Source of the DNA: Macrostomum lignano
Taxonomy: Eukaryota
Direction of reading: 5' to 3'
DNA: 64,000 nucleotides
NCBI GenBank assembly: GCA_002269645.1
Contig: NIVC01002491.1
Span: 104,912-168,911 of the forward strand
Shown here: positions 50,798 to 63,529 of the stretch, one piece after another
Layout of the letters: each line of letters begins with the position of its first letter
Numbering within the stretch: position 1 is the stretch's first letter
Notes under the pieces: model-generated
What the model was told of the DNA's origin: nothing
Databases searched by the model: none
The model's input: only the letters and a program-made list of their open reading frames with translations
Made by a program: the position numbers and the translations under genes

Positions 50798-51395
50798 GCA
50801 CCGAGAAGCAGGCGGTCGCCTTTGACTACGCCCTGCGCCTGTCGGACGGCATCGCGTCAAGCGACCCGCTCTGGCAGGCCCGCCTGGCCCAGCTGCAGTT
50901 CGGCAACCTCAGCCAGCGGGACGGCCTGCGCGCCTGCCAGCTGCTGAACGCGTCCTACTGTCCGGTGTCCGAGCTGGCTACCGGACGCTTCTTCGTCACA
51001 TTCTACAATCCGGCCAGCAGATTGAGCTGGCACTCGGCCAGGCTGCCCGTGACCGGACGGTACTACCGCGTACTGGATGAAGCCGGAGCCCCTGTCACCT
51101 CGCAGACAATCCCGGTGAACAATGGCACTCTCCGGGTGCCCGAGAGGAACTTATCGATAGCTGTCAACGAGCTGGCGTTCTTCGTAGCCTCGATTCCTCC
51201 GCTAGGCTACGCTGTGTACTCTGTGGAGCCGTGCAACTCCACGGACCCGGGCGCGTCCGTGTTCACGCCGATTCTGCCGACGACCAACGCGGGTCGCTCG
51301 GCGTCGGAAATTAGCGTCGGTCTGGCGTTCTACATTGGAATGCGCGGCAACTCTAGTGGAGAGCAGTTCAGACCGTCTGGGGCCTACGTGTTCAG
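50798..51395 (+). CDS. MAN2B1: Alpha-mannosidase exon 4
   Basis: Acceptor ctgcag|GC completes HHDAVAG-TEKQAVAFDY; FYNPASR, IPPLGYAVY, SGAYVFR; donor AG|gtgtgt, phase 2. Confidence 0.92.
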
Positions 51396-51477
51396 GTGTG
51401 TAAGCGGAAGTTGTCGTACATGTATGTTGTTGTTTCCTTCCCCTTGAAGTGCCTGAGGTGGGTGAGTTTGGTAGCGC

Positions 51478-51693
51478 CTTCCTGAAGTGACTGAGGTATG
51501 GCTTCCTGAAGTGACTGATCTGGGGCTTCCTGAAGTGACTGATGTGGGACTTCCTGAGGTGACTGATGTGGGACTTCCTGAAGTGACTGATCTGGGGCTT
51601 CCTGAAGTGACTGATGTGGGACTTCCTGAAGTGACTGATGTGGGACTTCCTGAAGTGACTGATCTGGGGCTTCCTGAAGTGACTGAGGTGGGT
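51478..51693. repeat. 24-bp minisatellite (cttcctgaagtgactgatgtggga), ~9 copies, intron 4
   Basis: Direct reading. Confidence 0.95.
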
Positions 51694-51757
51694 CTTAAGA
51701 TGCGTGACTCTAAATCTTAGCTCGTAACTGTACTTGAGCTGTGAAACAATTTCCCAG

Positions 51758-52793
51758 GCCAACAACGGACCGACCCCAGACGCTATCCGCTCGCATTCAA
51801 GCCCAAGTGATCGGTCCCGTAGTCAACGAAACCCATTTTAACTACAACGACTGGGCGTACCTGGTTACTAGGCAGTATCCGGGTGCCAGTTCAAACTATC
51901 TAGAAGCCGAGTCGACTGTCGGTCCGCTACCGCTAGACGACGGTGTCGGTCGGGAAGTTGTCGCCGTCTATTCAGCCGACGGTCTGTCGGCGTCATCCGG
52001 CGAATTCCTGGTGGACTCGAACGGCCGCCAGCTGATGCGGGCTCGGCGAGACCCCAGCCGGCCAGAGGCCGCCCAGTTCCGGCCTGCTAACGCCATCGTC
52101 AGCGTTGCCGATGCCGCTCGTCAGCTGACGGTGCTGACCGACCGAGCCGCGGCCGCATCCTCGCGACCAGCCGAAGGCCAGCTCAGCGTGATGTTGCACC
52201 GAGTGACGCTCGATGACGACGGATTTGGCGTTGGCGAAGCCCTGCGTGAGCGCGGCTCCGACGGCCGGGGCCTGGTGGTGAAGACCAGCCACTGGTACTT
52301 CCTGGCTGAGCCGGCGGCCGCTGCCGATCGCTACCGCTTGCTGGCAAGTCAGCGGCACCGCTCTCCCCTGGTGACTTTCTCGCTGCTGCAGCCGCGTTCC
52401 GCTTGGTGCCAATGGAGCGCCTTGACCGCTCCGCTGCCGGACAGCGTCCAGATTCTCACTCTGGAGCCCTGGCGTCAAAGTCCCGACCGACTGCTACTCC
52501 GGCTGGAGAACATCTTTCAAGCAAACGAATCGTCAGCTCATTCTGGGCCGGTCACAGTCGATTTGGGAGCCACATTTTCCGCGTTCGCCATCCTGGATGC
52601 CGTTGAGTTGAATTTGTCCGCCAACCAGCGCCTGGCGGATCAGACCCGGCTGAAGTGGCGCTCCATGCAGACAGAGGCAGTTGATCAGCAACCTCGCAGG
52701 GGACCGCTCACCAAGTCGCTCGAGATGACGCTGAGGCCTATGGAAATCAGGACGTTTGAAATTCGAGTAGCTTACAAAGGCGGAACTCTGTAG
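51758..52793 (+). CDS. MAN2B1: Alpha-mannosidase exon 5 (joined CDS 2886 nt, 961 aa)
   Basis: Acceptor ttcccag|G completes GAYVFRP; VGPLP, DSNGRQLM, MLHRVTLDDDGFGVGEAL, LLLRLENIF, LRPMEIRTF; TAG at 52791-52793. Confidence 0.93.
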
Positions 52794-55700
52794 CCACACG
52801 TGTAATTATGTCAGAATATGGACACTTGGTTGCCTAGATCAAGTTTTTTAACCCTTTCAAATTGATTAGATTTTTTAAATACATGTAAATGATTATATTA
52901 TACAAGACGAATCAGAAAATCTGCTTGTGAGCATTAGTTATTTTTCTTTGTGAAGTTGCTTTTATTCAGCATGATGTACACCTACTGGCGGGTGGGTGCT
53001 AATGCAGCAGGTGCTCTAACATCGAGGACAAGCGCGTGTTCGTAGACTGTACGTCTGTTGGAGGACGCTGCCCCCCAGTATGTCTGTTTGTTTCACAAAC
53101 TTCAGATTCCTGCTATACAGTACATGTCATTGCAGTTGATATCACTTAGGCATTCCAGGATGTTCAATGCTGAGAGTCTAACACGCACATATATTTACGA
53201 ATTGCACACACCTGTGTAGGTAAATTTGTACATATAAGCAGTTGATCTATACAGCTATAGTGCAGCTTATGCTGGGTTCGGCCTTCAAAAAATTTAATCG
53301 AGACCTCGAGGTAAAGCGAAGATATATGTGGCAGCAGCTAGGTCCTATATAATTAAGAGGTCAGCGAGAGACAAGCAGAGAGAACTTGAAGGTAGAAATC
53401 AACACTATACGGAGATTAACTAGGCTTATCCGCCGCCACAACCCGTGTCCTCCTTTAACTGTCAATCTCGAAGATACAGCCGATTAAAGAAACGTTGCCA
53501 AGACAACATGGATCGCATTAACCATATAGGGACAGAGAGGACATTTTGCAGGGGATTCTAGTACTGGCGAGTCATGACAGTATACAGCAGATGTTGGCAA
53601 TTGTGAACCATTAACCAAAAGTTAAGTAGGCCGAGGCAAACCGAGTTTCAAACTCCTATAATTTTTGGAGCCAAAACGCCCAAAAAGTGACAGCCAGACG
53701 AGCATAGGTCATATAAAAACTAAAAAAATGGGAGAAAAAAACACACTGAGGGTTGCTTTTCCAGACTCTTGACATCGATCCTTAAAGGTCCTCAAACCGC
53801 CGGCCATAAAGCCAGCCTATTCACTAAGAATGGGTGTTGCTTTGTGGGAAATCTCCAATATAACGATGTTCCATACATAAAACACGAAGTGCTCTAATAA
53901 CACGTATTTTACTGTGATTCCAGTTCGCATTGAATCCTCATTTAAAACACATAAATAAACTTTTATTTACGTAATTTACGCTTTTTTGATTTATTCGCAC
54001 TGATTTAAATGACCATATTAGACATTTTTACTCTTTGGCTTTAAAAAAGCATCCCTGGTGACTGGTCCCTGATTACTCAAATGAACGATACCATCATGTC
54101 TCATTTATATATTTAAATAGTAGTAAATTATCCAAAAAATAATTGCTATTCAACTTCTCCCTGTTTTTTTTTTTTTTTCTGTCTACCTCATTGTGAGACT
54201 GAGAGGTTGATTCAAGTGCATACAATTACTAGGTACTGCCGTTGCCGGGTCCCGGGTCAAGTGGACCTGCACCTGCATAACGTTCGCTAACCATTTTTAC
54301 GGTAGGCCTACATATTAAAAAATAGTCTTTATTTTAGAGGTCAGACATTATCAAAATCAGAAGGGTGGGATCAGGATTCCAAATTTCCAGTAGGCCTAAC
54401 CAGACATTTCGTTTTGTCAACCAGCACTTCATCGACTAGGGCCTAGGGCCCTAGGCCTAGCATTTTGTCAACTGTATCAAAGCAGCAAAGCTCAAATAAA
54501 ATGCTCAAAGTATCGCACCAGTGTTTCAGTCGCGGTAAAACCATTTCTTGCTGCTGTTGCAGTTGAATCCATCCTTATCACACTTGATTCCTTGCCTTGG
54601 CTTTTGGCAAGCAGGGCACAGCGCACAGGTGCAGATCCAGTTTATTTGAATGGGGTGCGTATTACTAAGGTACATGTATTTTATATCATACATCTACATG
54701 ATAATGCATGAGCCTATTACCCATAGAAATAATAAATAGAAATTAAACTTCATGGGTAGGCCTAGGCCTACTGTGCATCCTGTATGCCTCCCCCTAAATC
54801 CATTAAGGTTAAAGCCAAGCTTAGTTATTCTGGCTACTAATAAGCCTAGGCCCTAATAATAAAGAGCCTTGCAAAGTGAAAACTTAAATAAGGTATTTAA
54901 GTATTAGCTCTAAGTCTTATGCTATAGTAATAAAAACCTTAGGCCTAAAGTCTTTAATTGCTAGGGCCTAGATAGAACCTAGGGCTAGGCCTCTATATTG
55001 GCAGCTTTTTTTCCTTTTAAATAGGCCTACTAATTTCATTAGAAAGATCATAAAATTTGCCTATTTACTTATTTAAATCAACCAAGATAGGACCTACTGG
55101 GTTTATTTTTTGTGCGTAAAGTGTGCGTATGCACCTTAAATTTTAAAATGTAGGTGCGGTTTAGGTGCAGTCTCATAACCTATTTTTCTATTAAAGCCTC
55201 ATTCGCACTGCCTTAAAATAAGAAAAAAGAGAAATTGCACTTTGAGCCTTAAAATTGCACCATGAAAGTGAGCATAGGGTGCGATTTTGCACCTTGTCTC
55301 TGGCGAAAAAGAAAACCCTGAGGACCTAGGATGAAATATTATTCATGTCAATAGGAAATAAAAAATCTATTAAGACAAATTTTATTCTTGTATTCAAAAT
55401 GTCAAAAAGACAAAAGGCTACTATAAATGCAAATTTTTTCTTTTTCCTTAGTTAGAACTTAAAAAATAAATTTGTCTAGGCCCTATAGCTTGTTTATTGC
55501 TAATCTTGGCTTTAAAAAATTGGCTTATAATTCTATAATATTTGCTAGGTCTAAGTATCTTTTTTGCATAGATCTAATAAGTATAATTCAGGTCTAATAA
55601 AAATATTTAATAAGTGTTACAAGTGTTTAAAATAAAAAGTTCAACATATTTGTTTTTGTAGACAAATTAGTTATTATAATTGTAATATAGGGGTCTATAT

Positions 55701-56539
55701 AAATAAATGTACGTGATTTTGCACAAAAATATAAATTCTTAAAAAGTCTTATTTTTTAATAATTTAAAATTTGCATCACATGCTATGTCTTTCTATTATA
55801 TAGTTTAAGTGGATTATTAATTTTTTAATCTAAAATTTGCCTTGTTATACTGCTTAGAATTTTTTATATAGATCATATGTCTAATACTAATAGTTTGACA
55901 AAATTGTATCTAAAAGTATTAAAAAATCACATTGTAGAACATTTTGTCAGTATGTCAATATCCTTAAGTCTCTAATGATAAGTAATAAATAATAATATTT
56001 AATTAGCTTTTGTTTTCTAAATATTTGCTATCAAAATTTAATAACCTTTTATCCAAAAGTAAACTACTATAGCAGAAATTTTTGGTATGAAGTTGCTTTG
56101 GGTTCTTTAAAATATTTTGCTTATATATTGTTTGTTGCAAAATTTTCTGATAGTTTGGTAATGGTAATTATAATAAAATCAATAGTATTAAAGTAATCAT
56201 TAGACAAATCCAAAGCAAAAAGTTGCATAATTATTTTATGTTGGACATAAAATGAGCATATTTTATGCTTTAGATGTTGGCTGAGTAATTGCATTTAAAA
56301 TTATGAATAAGTCAATATTTTTTCATTTATGTTTTCCAAGCAAGTTCTGGTAACAAAAGCCAGAATCTAAATTTAGGTGTATTTGTGTGATTTTCTACTA
56401 TAAGTAGCAAAATTGCATCACCTCAATTTAAAACATGCCACTGTTCCAATTGCTGTCTTAGCAACAGTGCAAGCATTCGAACAGCCATTTAGGCCATCAT
56501 GATCTTTCAAAAGACTGTTAATAATCGTTTCTATGCCAG

Positions 56540-56832
56540 CCCTAGCGGCGCCCCGGCTAAGCCAGACCCACCTGGCATTGTGCCAGCTGGCCCTCCAGCT
56601 ACTGGTCTGCCTAAGCTGCTGTCGCTCACTACTCAGGCATCGTCTAGCATTATCTCTGTGGCTGGCGGCGGCGGAGGCGCTGCCGGCGGTGGAGGCGGCG
56701 GTGCGGCCGGAGCGGACAGCCAAGCTGGGGTGGGCCGGCCGGCCGGCGAGTTCATGCACATCGCTGCCGTGGCCAAGCCGCATACGGACGACATTCTGCA
56801 GTTTAGAATTCGCTCATCCAACAATGCGCCAG
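56540..56832 (+). CDS. SAP130: SAP130-like gene, internal low-complexity exon (upstream exons not identified)
   Basis: Acceptor tttctatgccag|C; Pro/Gly/Ala-rich open frame; donor G|gtttgt (phase 1) matches the next exon; assignment rests on linkage to the downstream exons. Confidence 0.55.
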
Positions 56833-57173
56833 GTTTGTCCTCATACATGCGCAACCCCTGATTTACACTGGCCATGCGACTTACTTTTTGACCAAAAATA
56901 CGACTTACCTGTAAAAGAAACCTAGACTTTTTGAAAAAATTGGGTTAAACGGCAGAGCAAAATTAAAGCAATTTTGGGTAAACGGCAGGAGTAACAATGA
57001 CTGTTATATAAGGGCTAAATACCTCGTCATCTAGTTAGTACTACATATTAGTATTAGTACTATGGCTATGAATTGAATTTGGATAATATCTCTATTAGAA
57101 TGTGGATATGCTTTTGCAGAGCCTACTATTAGTAATATTAAACTAACCATGCGCCATACTTTATAATCATTAG

Positions 57174-57925
57174 CGGCGGCAGCGGCGGCAGCGGCGGCCG
57201 CCCAGGACCCTCTGGCACAGAGCCAATCAGCTGGCAAGGCCGGCCTCGGCCTGCGTCAGGCGCCGTCAATTCTGCGCAAACGCGGCACTGAACTTGCCAC
57301 TGCGGCGGCGGGCGCGGCCGGCGCCAACAACGCCAATTCCGGCGCTAATCGAGCCGGCGACCCGGCCGGTGCTGCGGACGCCAGTCCGAGAAAGCGGGCC
57401 CGGAAACAGCAGCTGCAGCCGGACTCCGCTTCCCAGCTGCTGGCCGCCGCTGCTGCTGCCGCCGCCGCTGCCTCCGCTGGCAGCATCGAAGCGCTGGCGC
57501 CGCAGGCTCAGCCTGCATTGACTCCGGCGTCTGCGGCATCACCATCCAGCGCAATGTCCCCGGCCGGCGCTGCCACCATGCTGTACCGTCAGAATCATTC
57601 GCAGCCACCGCCAGCCGATCCAGGCGGCGGTCGGGCGCTTCCAGCTGGCGCGGCCGCCGCTGCTGCGTTCGCCTCGCCGGCGCTGCCGAACCAGACGCTG
57701 CCAGCTGGCTCGGCTCCGGCCAGCGTCCGGCTGACCCGACCGGTCCCGACCGGACAAACGGCCGGCCCGATTCGCCTAGTAAAGGAGGAGCTGGTGCTGG
57801 CGGACGCGGATATTGCGCTGGGGTCGCACGAGAATGTCGGGCCGGACTCGCCAGCCTGCAGTCCGGAGGATGAGCAGTACAGGCGGATGCTGCGGGTACT
57901 CCAGGAGGAGCCTTGCAGGCCGCAG
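57174..57925 (+). CDS. SAP130: SAP130-like gene, exon carrying PSILRKR and ASPRKRARKQQ motifs
   Basis: ctaac branch site and cattag|CG acceptor; open frame containing APSILRKRG, ASPRKRARKQQL and VKEE, resembling SAP130 PSILRKK / ASPRKKPRKQQH; donor CAG|gtttgt, phase 0. Confidence 0.65.
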
Positions 57926-57964
57926 GTTTGTTGCCATTTTGCTGTTTGATTGCACTGCTTGACC

Positions 57965-59178
57965 TGAGAGAGAAGAGGGTGAGAAAGGAGAGGGGAGGTC
58001 AGAAAGGCGAGGGAGATGAGAAACGAGAGGGAAGATAAGAAAGGCGAGGGGAGATGAGAAACGAGAGGGGAGATAAGAAACGAGAGGGGAGATAAGAAAC
58101 GAGAGGGGAGATGAGAAACGAGAGGGGAGATAAGATTAGAAAGGAGAGAGGAGATGAGAAACGAGAGGGGAGATACGATGAGAAAGGAGAGGGGAGATTA
58201 GAAAGGAGAGAGGAGATAAGAAAGGCGAGGGGAGATGAGAAACGAGAGTGGAGATGAGAAAATCGAGGGGAGATGAGAAAGGCGAGGGGAGATGAGAAAC
58301 TAGAGGGGAGATAAGATGAGAAAGGAGAAAGGAGATGAGAAAGGAGAGGGGATATGAGAAAGGAGAGGGGAGATGAGAAAGGAGAGGGGAGATGAGATGA
58401 GAAAGGAGAGGGGAGATGAGAAAGGTGAGGGGAGATGAGAAAGGAGAGGGGAGATGAGAAAGGAGAGGGGAGATAAGAAAGGAGAGGGAGATGAGAAAGG
58501 AGAGGGGAGATGAGAAAGGAGAGGGAGATGAGAAAGGAGAGGGGAGATGAGAAAGGAGAGGGGAGATGAGATGATAAAGGAGAGGGAGATGAGAAAGGTG
58601 AGGGGAGATGAGAAAGGAGAGGGAGATGAGAAAGGAGAGGGGAGATGAGAAAGGAGAGGGGAGATGAGAAAGGAGAGGGGAGATAAGAAAGGAGAGGGGA
58701 GATGAGAAAGGAGAGGGGAGATGAGAAAGGGAAGGGGAGATGAGAAAGGAGAGGGGAGATGAGAAAGGAGAGGGAGATGAGAAAGGAGAGGGAGATGAGA
58801 AAGGAGAGGGGAGATGAGAAAGGTGAGGGGAGATGAGAAAGGAGAGGGGAGATAAGAAAGGAGAGGGGAGATGAGAAAGGAGAGGGGAGATGAGAAAGGG
58901 AAGGGGAGATGAGAAAGGAGAGGGGAGATGAGAAAGGAGAGGGGAGATGAGAAAGGCGAGGGGAGATGAGAAACTAGAGGGGAGATAAGATGAGAAAGGA
59001 GAGGGGAGATGAGAAAGAGGAGGGGAGATGAGAAAGGGAAGGGGAGATGAGAAAGGAGAGGGGAGATGAGAAAGGAGAGGGGAGATGAGAAAGGAGAGGG
59101 GAGATGAGAAAGGAGAGGGAGATGAGAAAGGAGAGGGGAGATAAGAAAGGAGAGGGGAGATGAGAAAGGAGAGGGGAC
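57965..59178. repeat. Polypurine ~19-20-bp array (gagatgagaaaggagagggg) in the SAP130-like intron
   Basis: Direct reading; explains the 327-aa L/S/P ORF. Confidence 0.96.
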
Positions 59179-59567
59179 AGAGTGCAGAAGAGGCACGAAC
59201 CTTGAGCAGGCCGGATTGCTATTGTGAAGTTTCAAAGAACCTAATGGCCGGATAGAGAGGCTTCGTGGGCCGGAGTTTGCCAACCCTGTGTTGAGAGCTG
59301 GTTTTCATTTTGAAAATTGTCTGAAAAGCTATAGAATTATTAGTAGTTTGTTGTAGCAGTCTGGAATGGAAACTGCTGCATTAAACAACTGACCGAATTT
59401 CTTTGCTAATTGATTCTAAAAAACTCTGGGACGAGTCTTGAGTGGCAATCAATAAAATGTCTTATTTGGCGCGAATTTAAATTGAACAAACTGCTGTAGA
59501 ATGGCCTCATCAAAGCTGCATTTCCCTACTCTGTTAATCACCCAACCCTCTCCGTACAGGTGTTCAG

Positions 59568-60245
59568 CCGGCCCCGAGCCTGCCTCCTGCCTCCGAGCAG
59601 CTCTGTCCGGCTCCGGCCGACCGTGGCCGCGCCCGTCTCGGCCATTTCCTTCGGCCGGCCGACGTCCGCCGAATTCCTCCGTCGAAGCGGCCGAGCCCGA
59701 TCGAGCTGGGCCGCTCGGCCCGGGGCCTGGCCGACTGCCGGCGGGTCTGCAGCCTCGCCGACGGACTTGACGATCTGCGAGCCAGCGAGGAGCGCCTGGC
59801 CGCTCGCCTGGTTGCCGTCTCCCGCCGGCTGGCACCGTCTGGCAGCTCGCCAGCCGGCTGCGCCGCCGCCATGGCGCTGTCATCGCCGGACAAAAATTCG
59901 GCGGCTGCCGGCCCGGCGCCTCTGCTGCAGGCGTCCGCCCAGCCTAGCCGGGTGCTGGCCGAGCTGCTGGCTCGGACACGGGCGATGCTGTTGGACTTGC
60001 TGTCCGCACACGCGCCCGCAGCTTTTGTCGCGATGCGTTCGGCCATGGCCGCCGCTTCTGGATCCGCCTCGTCGTCCTCTTCGTCCGCAGCGGCAGCAGC
60101 GTCCATAGCTGACGACGAGCGGGCCTCGTCTGTCGCCTCGCCGACTTTCGCCAACGTCGAGGTGGACAGCGCACGAAATCGTTCAAGTAGGCGGCGTCGG
60201 CGGACCACGTCGATAAGTCGAGGCGAAGTCAGCGACGCCAGCTAG
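59568..60245 (+). CDS. SAP130: SAP130-like last exon with SAP130 C-terminal-domain-like segment (5' boundary uncertain: 59560 vs 59568)
   Basis: Frame of ORF 59871..60245 extended upstream gives RARLGHFLRPADVRRIPPSKRPSPIELG...CSLADGLDDLRASEERLAARL, resembling WKAAYHHFQRYSDVR of SAP130; TAG at 60243-60245. Confidence 0.6.
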   Translation, partial: PAPSLPPASEQLCPAPADRGRARLGHFLRPADVRRIPPSKRPSPIELGRSARGLADCRRVCSLADGLDDLRASEERLAARLVAVSRRLAPSGSSPAGCAAAMALSSPDKNSAAAGPAPLLQASAQPSRVLAELLARTRAMLLDLLSAHAPAAFVAMRSAMAAASGSASSSSSSAAAAASIADDERASSVASPTFANVEVDSARNRSSRRRRRTTSISRGEVSDAS

Positions 60246-62074
60246 CTGGGGCTCTTCAATTAATTGTGAGCCCAGTGAAATTATTTAGATTGCGAGGCGC
60301 TATCGTTACTACTGTCAGCTCAGTAGTTGCAACGCAGTGGCAACACGGCCTTCTTTCTACATTGTTTTGTTAATAATTAACTGGCCAAGTTCTGTAAAAA
60401 TGGGAGCGAATTTGAAGCAATCGCTAAATTCATATTTTGACTTGCACGCATTGCTTTCTGTTGTTAGTAGCTATATATTTGCAATGTCCAAAATCAGCTT
60501 GGCAGTGATGCGAGAGATAATGCCCCCGCCAACTTGGCAGCTTTGTTTTTCCATTTAGCAAATGCGTTTGTCCCTAAAGCTACAGCACAGTTTTACTTGT
60601 TAGATTTGATTGTGTCATTTTAATTAGCCTCTTAATATGCATTTTGAAATGCATTGACCTCTTATCCCCCCTCTTAAATCGTTATGGTCAAACTCTAGTT
60701 CTCCTATGGTCTCTTCAAAGTGCTTGTGTATAACAGTGTAAATTATATCAGTCGTGTCTGGATCGACCGGTTTGGATCTCTTTTAAATCAACTTCTGTCT
60801 CGCTTCTTTTTTAATTGTCCATTTAGATTGTTTGGTTAGTGTCATTGCTAATTGTTCTATACGTTATCCCTGATAGTAGCCGTATGAACGTGCGATAAAG
60901 TAGCTGTTTTTTTACAACAAACTCATTTCCATTGACCTCCACATACGTAAATTAATTTATTACAGTAAAAGCAATATAATTTGTATAATAATAAAACGCA
61001 AATTTCATTATAAAGTTCTTCTATGTACTTTTATTGTTGGTGTGAATTATCCTTAACTATCTGAATATATTTATCTCTCTTTTGGATTATGTTTTTCAGC
61101 ACTTTCTTGATCTGATCTGCTTCTGTTTGCTTGTTGTTCTCTAACATAGATTGTGCTTATAAAAATCGCATGAAATTTGCTGCAATTGCTCTATGCAGCA
61201 AGTGCTCTTCTATTGCGCGCCCAGGGCAGCTTTTTGTAGAGCCAAATTTTATAAAAATATTATTTGCAACTGGTTTCCCTTTATTGATTCTGATATAATG
61301 CTTGGTCTGTATTGTTCATGCTCTATTGTCGGGATTCCCCTTTGTCGCCTTGAACCTGCTTACTTACATAAATCAGCAATTTCTATTCGTTTCTTACTTT
61401 TTCATCCCGTGACTGACTCTAGGAAAGTTCTAATGTAATTACTGTAACTCTTGAGCAAGATTGTTTTTAAACATATGCTCGATGTCCGGCATGTATGTAC
61501 ATGTATGCCTTTAGAACAAGGGGCTTTTTGCAAAGTATTTTTGCAGTTCCTTCAGTTTCTATAAATAAATATATATCAACCATATGATGTAATTTCACTG
61601 TACATAACGTATATTTTAGGAAATCAATAAATCAAAAAATTAATGGAATTCTGTTTTTTGCTTTATTTTTATATTTTACGGCCGATGCTCTTCGACAAGC
61701 AAGATATATAGAAAATATTGAGATTTACTTGTCGGTTAAAGCACGCTACGGTAGCCAGCGATAGCTCAAGCAATATATTTTTAAGGGAGCTGTACCACGT
61801 GCAAAAATGTACCAATCGAAAAAAATTGACATTAAATTTGTTACACGAAAATTTAGACCCATATAGCGTAGTCCGTGTCTACAGGAGCGCAATATACATG
61901 TGCGTTTAAGCTGCCGATTGTGAAGGAATTCACCAGGATGCCATTAAAATCTTTGTGCGTGAAATTTGTGCGTGCGTCGACTTTAGTCGTGAGTTGCTTT
62001 TTTAAAGTAGCTTTTCTTCGAATCGTACTGCCTGCAGTACGTTCGTCCCCGACTTTTGTGAAATTCAGAATTGT

Positions 62075-62215
62075 AATACTAATATACTAAAAATGAGTTG
62101 TCTGTCGGTAGGTAGGTATGCGATAGATTTCAGAAAAAATGGCTCAACCGATTTTCTTCAAATTTGCACCATTCGATCAGAAATTTTCCTGGGACGGTAC
62201 ATGCATCTTGGCTAA
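62075..62215 (+). mobile_element. 5' end resembling non-autonomous Helitron/DINE-like elements
   Basis: tactaatatactaaaaatg...tgtctgtcggtaggtaggtatg...aaatggctcaaccgattttcttcaaatttg, the microsatellite + (c)cgattt..aaattt layout typical of these elements; 3' end not identified. Confidence 0.45.
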
Positions 62216-63529
62216 GAAATTGCTCAATGTTAAAAGCATTAAATATTTGTAATACTAAAGCTAAAGGTAGTGACTTCTCTAAGAGTCCCTTGATTTTAAA
62301 GTAGGGCCTATGCATGCAAAAGTCAAATTTGAATAAAAAGTAGGTTTTTTGCAAGGCAGTTGCATCATGTTTAACAGTTTAATAGGGGCATAGGGCCAAA
62401 AACTAAGTTTAATAGGTTTTTAAATTTTTACTTGGTCAACAAAGGAAAAAATAAAAGAAGCTAGGTTTTAGTCTAGGTTTGGTCTTAAAAGTTTTTAAGG
62501 TAATTGAGCACTTTAAGAAAGTTGTGAACTTATATTATGCTTAGGCCTATCTATGAAGGCCATGAAGGGTCATATGCAAAATTAGTTTTTGAAACCCTAA
62601 TATTATCTTAGACTTAGGCCTATCTTTGACTGCAGATTAAATATAGATTTATCATCTATCTTGGCTATACTTAAGACAAAATAATTAGAATTCAATATGC
62701 ATAGGGATTGCTATTAAAATGACTATTTAGGACCTATTTAGGTACTATACAAAAATGACCAAGTTTAAGTTTTAGTGTAGTCCCTATGTGCATAGGCCTA
62801 GTTGAGAAGCTAAATTTTGATCAAAAGAAGTAGAATATAGGCCTATTCTAAAAAGTAAATAAAAATAAATTAAAATTTGTTGTATTTAACTTTTCTAAGA
62901 AAAAAGACTAAAAGTAGGCCTAGGCCTAAAACAAAAATAATTAAATAAACTAGTTCCCTACAATTTTAATAAAATATTACCCAGTTTTCATTTACTTTTT
63001 TTGCATAGATTAAAAACCTAAGCTCTAAATATAGTTGGCCAATTTTCATTTTTGTTTTAGTATAAAGCCTATAAAAGCTAAAGAAACAAATTTCATTCTA
63101 GCATGCACTAGTATATAATCTAGATATTGGTCTATATATTATCATTTTGTTTTAAATAGCAAGAAAAAATATTAGGCCTATAAATAGATGATAGCTAAAA
63201 GCCAAACCAAATAAACTTGTTCTTATTTATCTACAAGCTGTTGAAACCTGCGGATTTTGAACCCAGGGAATTCCAATACCTGGAACTTTACTTTTGCATG
63301 TATTCTGAAATCTAAGGCCATACACAAAAAAATTTGTTAATAGTTAGTAGGATAGAGGTAGACATAAAATGGAGCACATTCGTGTAAAATTAGGATTTGA
63401 GGAAAAAATTGATACTGTTGGCTGGGGTACTGCGGCAGAATGTCAGGCGAAATGTCTGTTTGACTCTAAAACATGTATTGGCAAACTCTGGCCTCTCCCT
63501 GACTCTCCCTACATCCCTTGGATCCTTTA

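Noticed and set aside
54525-54640. Cys-rich minus-strand peptide CPACQKPRQGIKCD...KWFYRD resembling a PHD finger
   Set aside because: Incomplete ligand set with a stop codon; at most a TE relic
58300-59283. 327-aa L/S/P ORF
   Set aside because: Antisense translation of the intronic polypurine array
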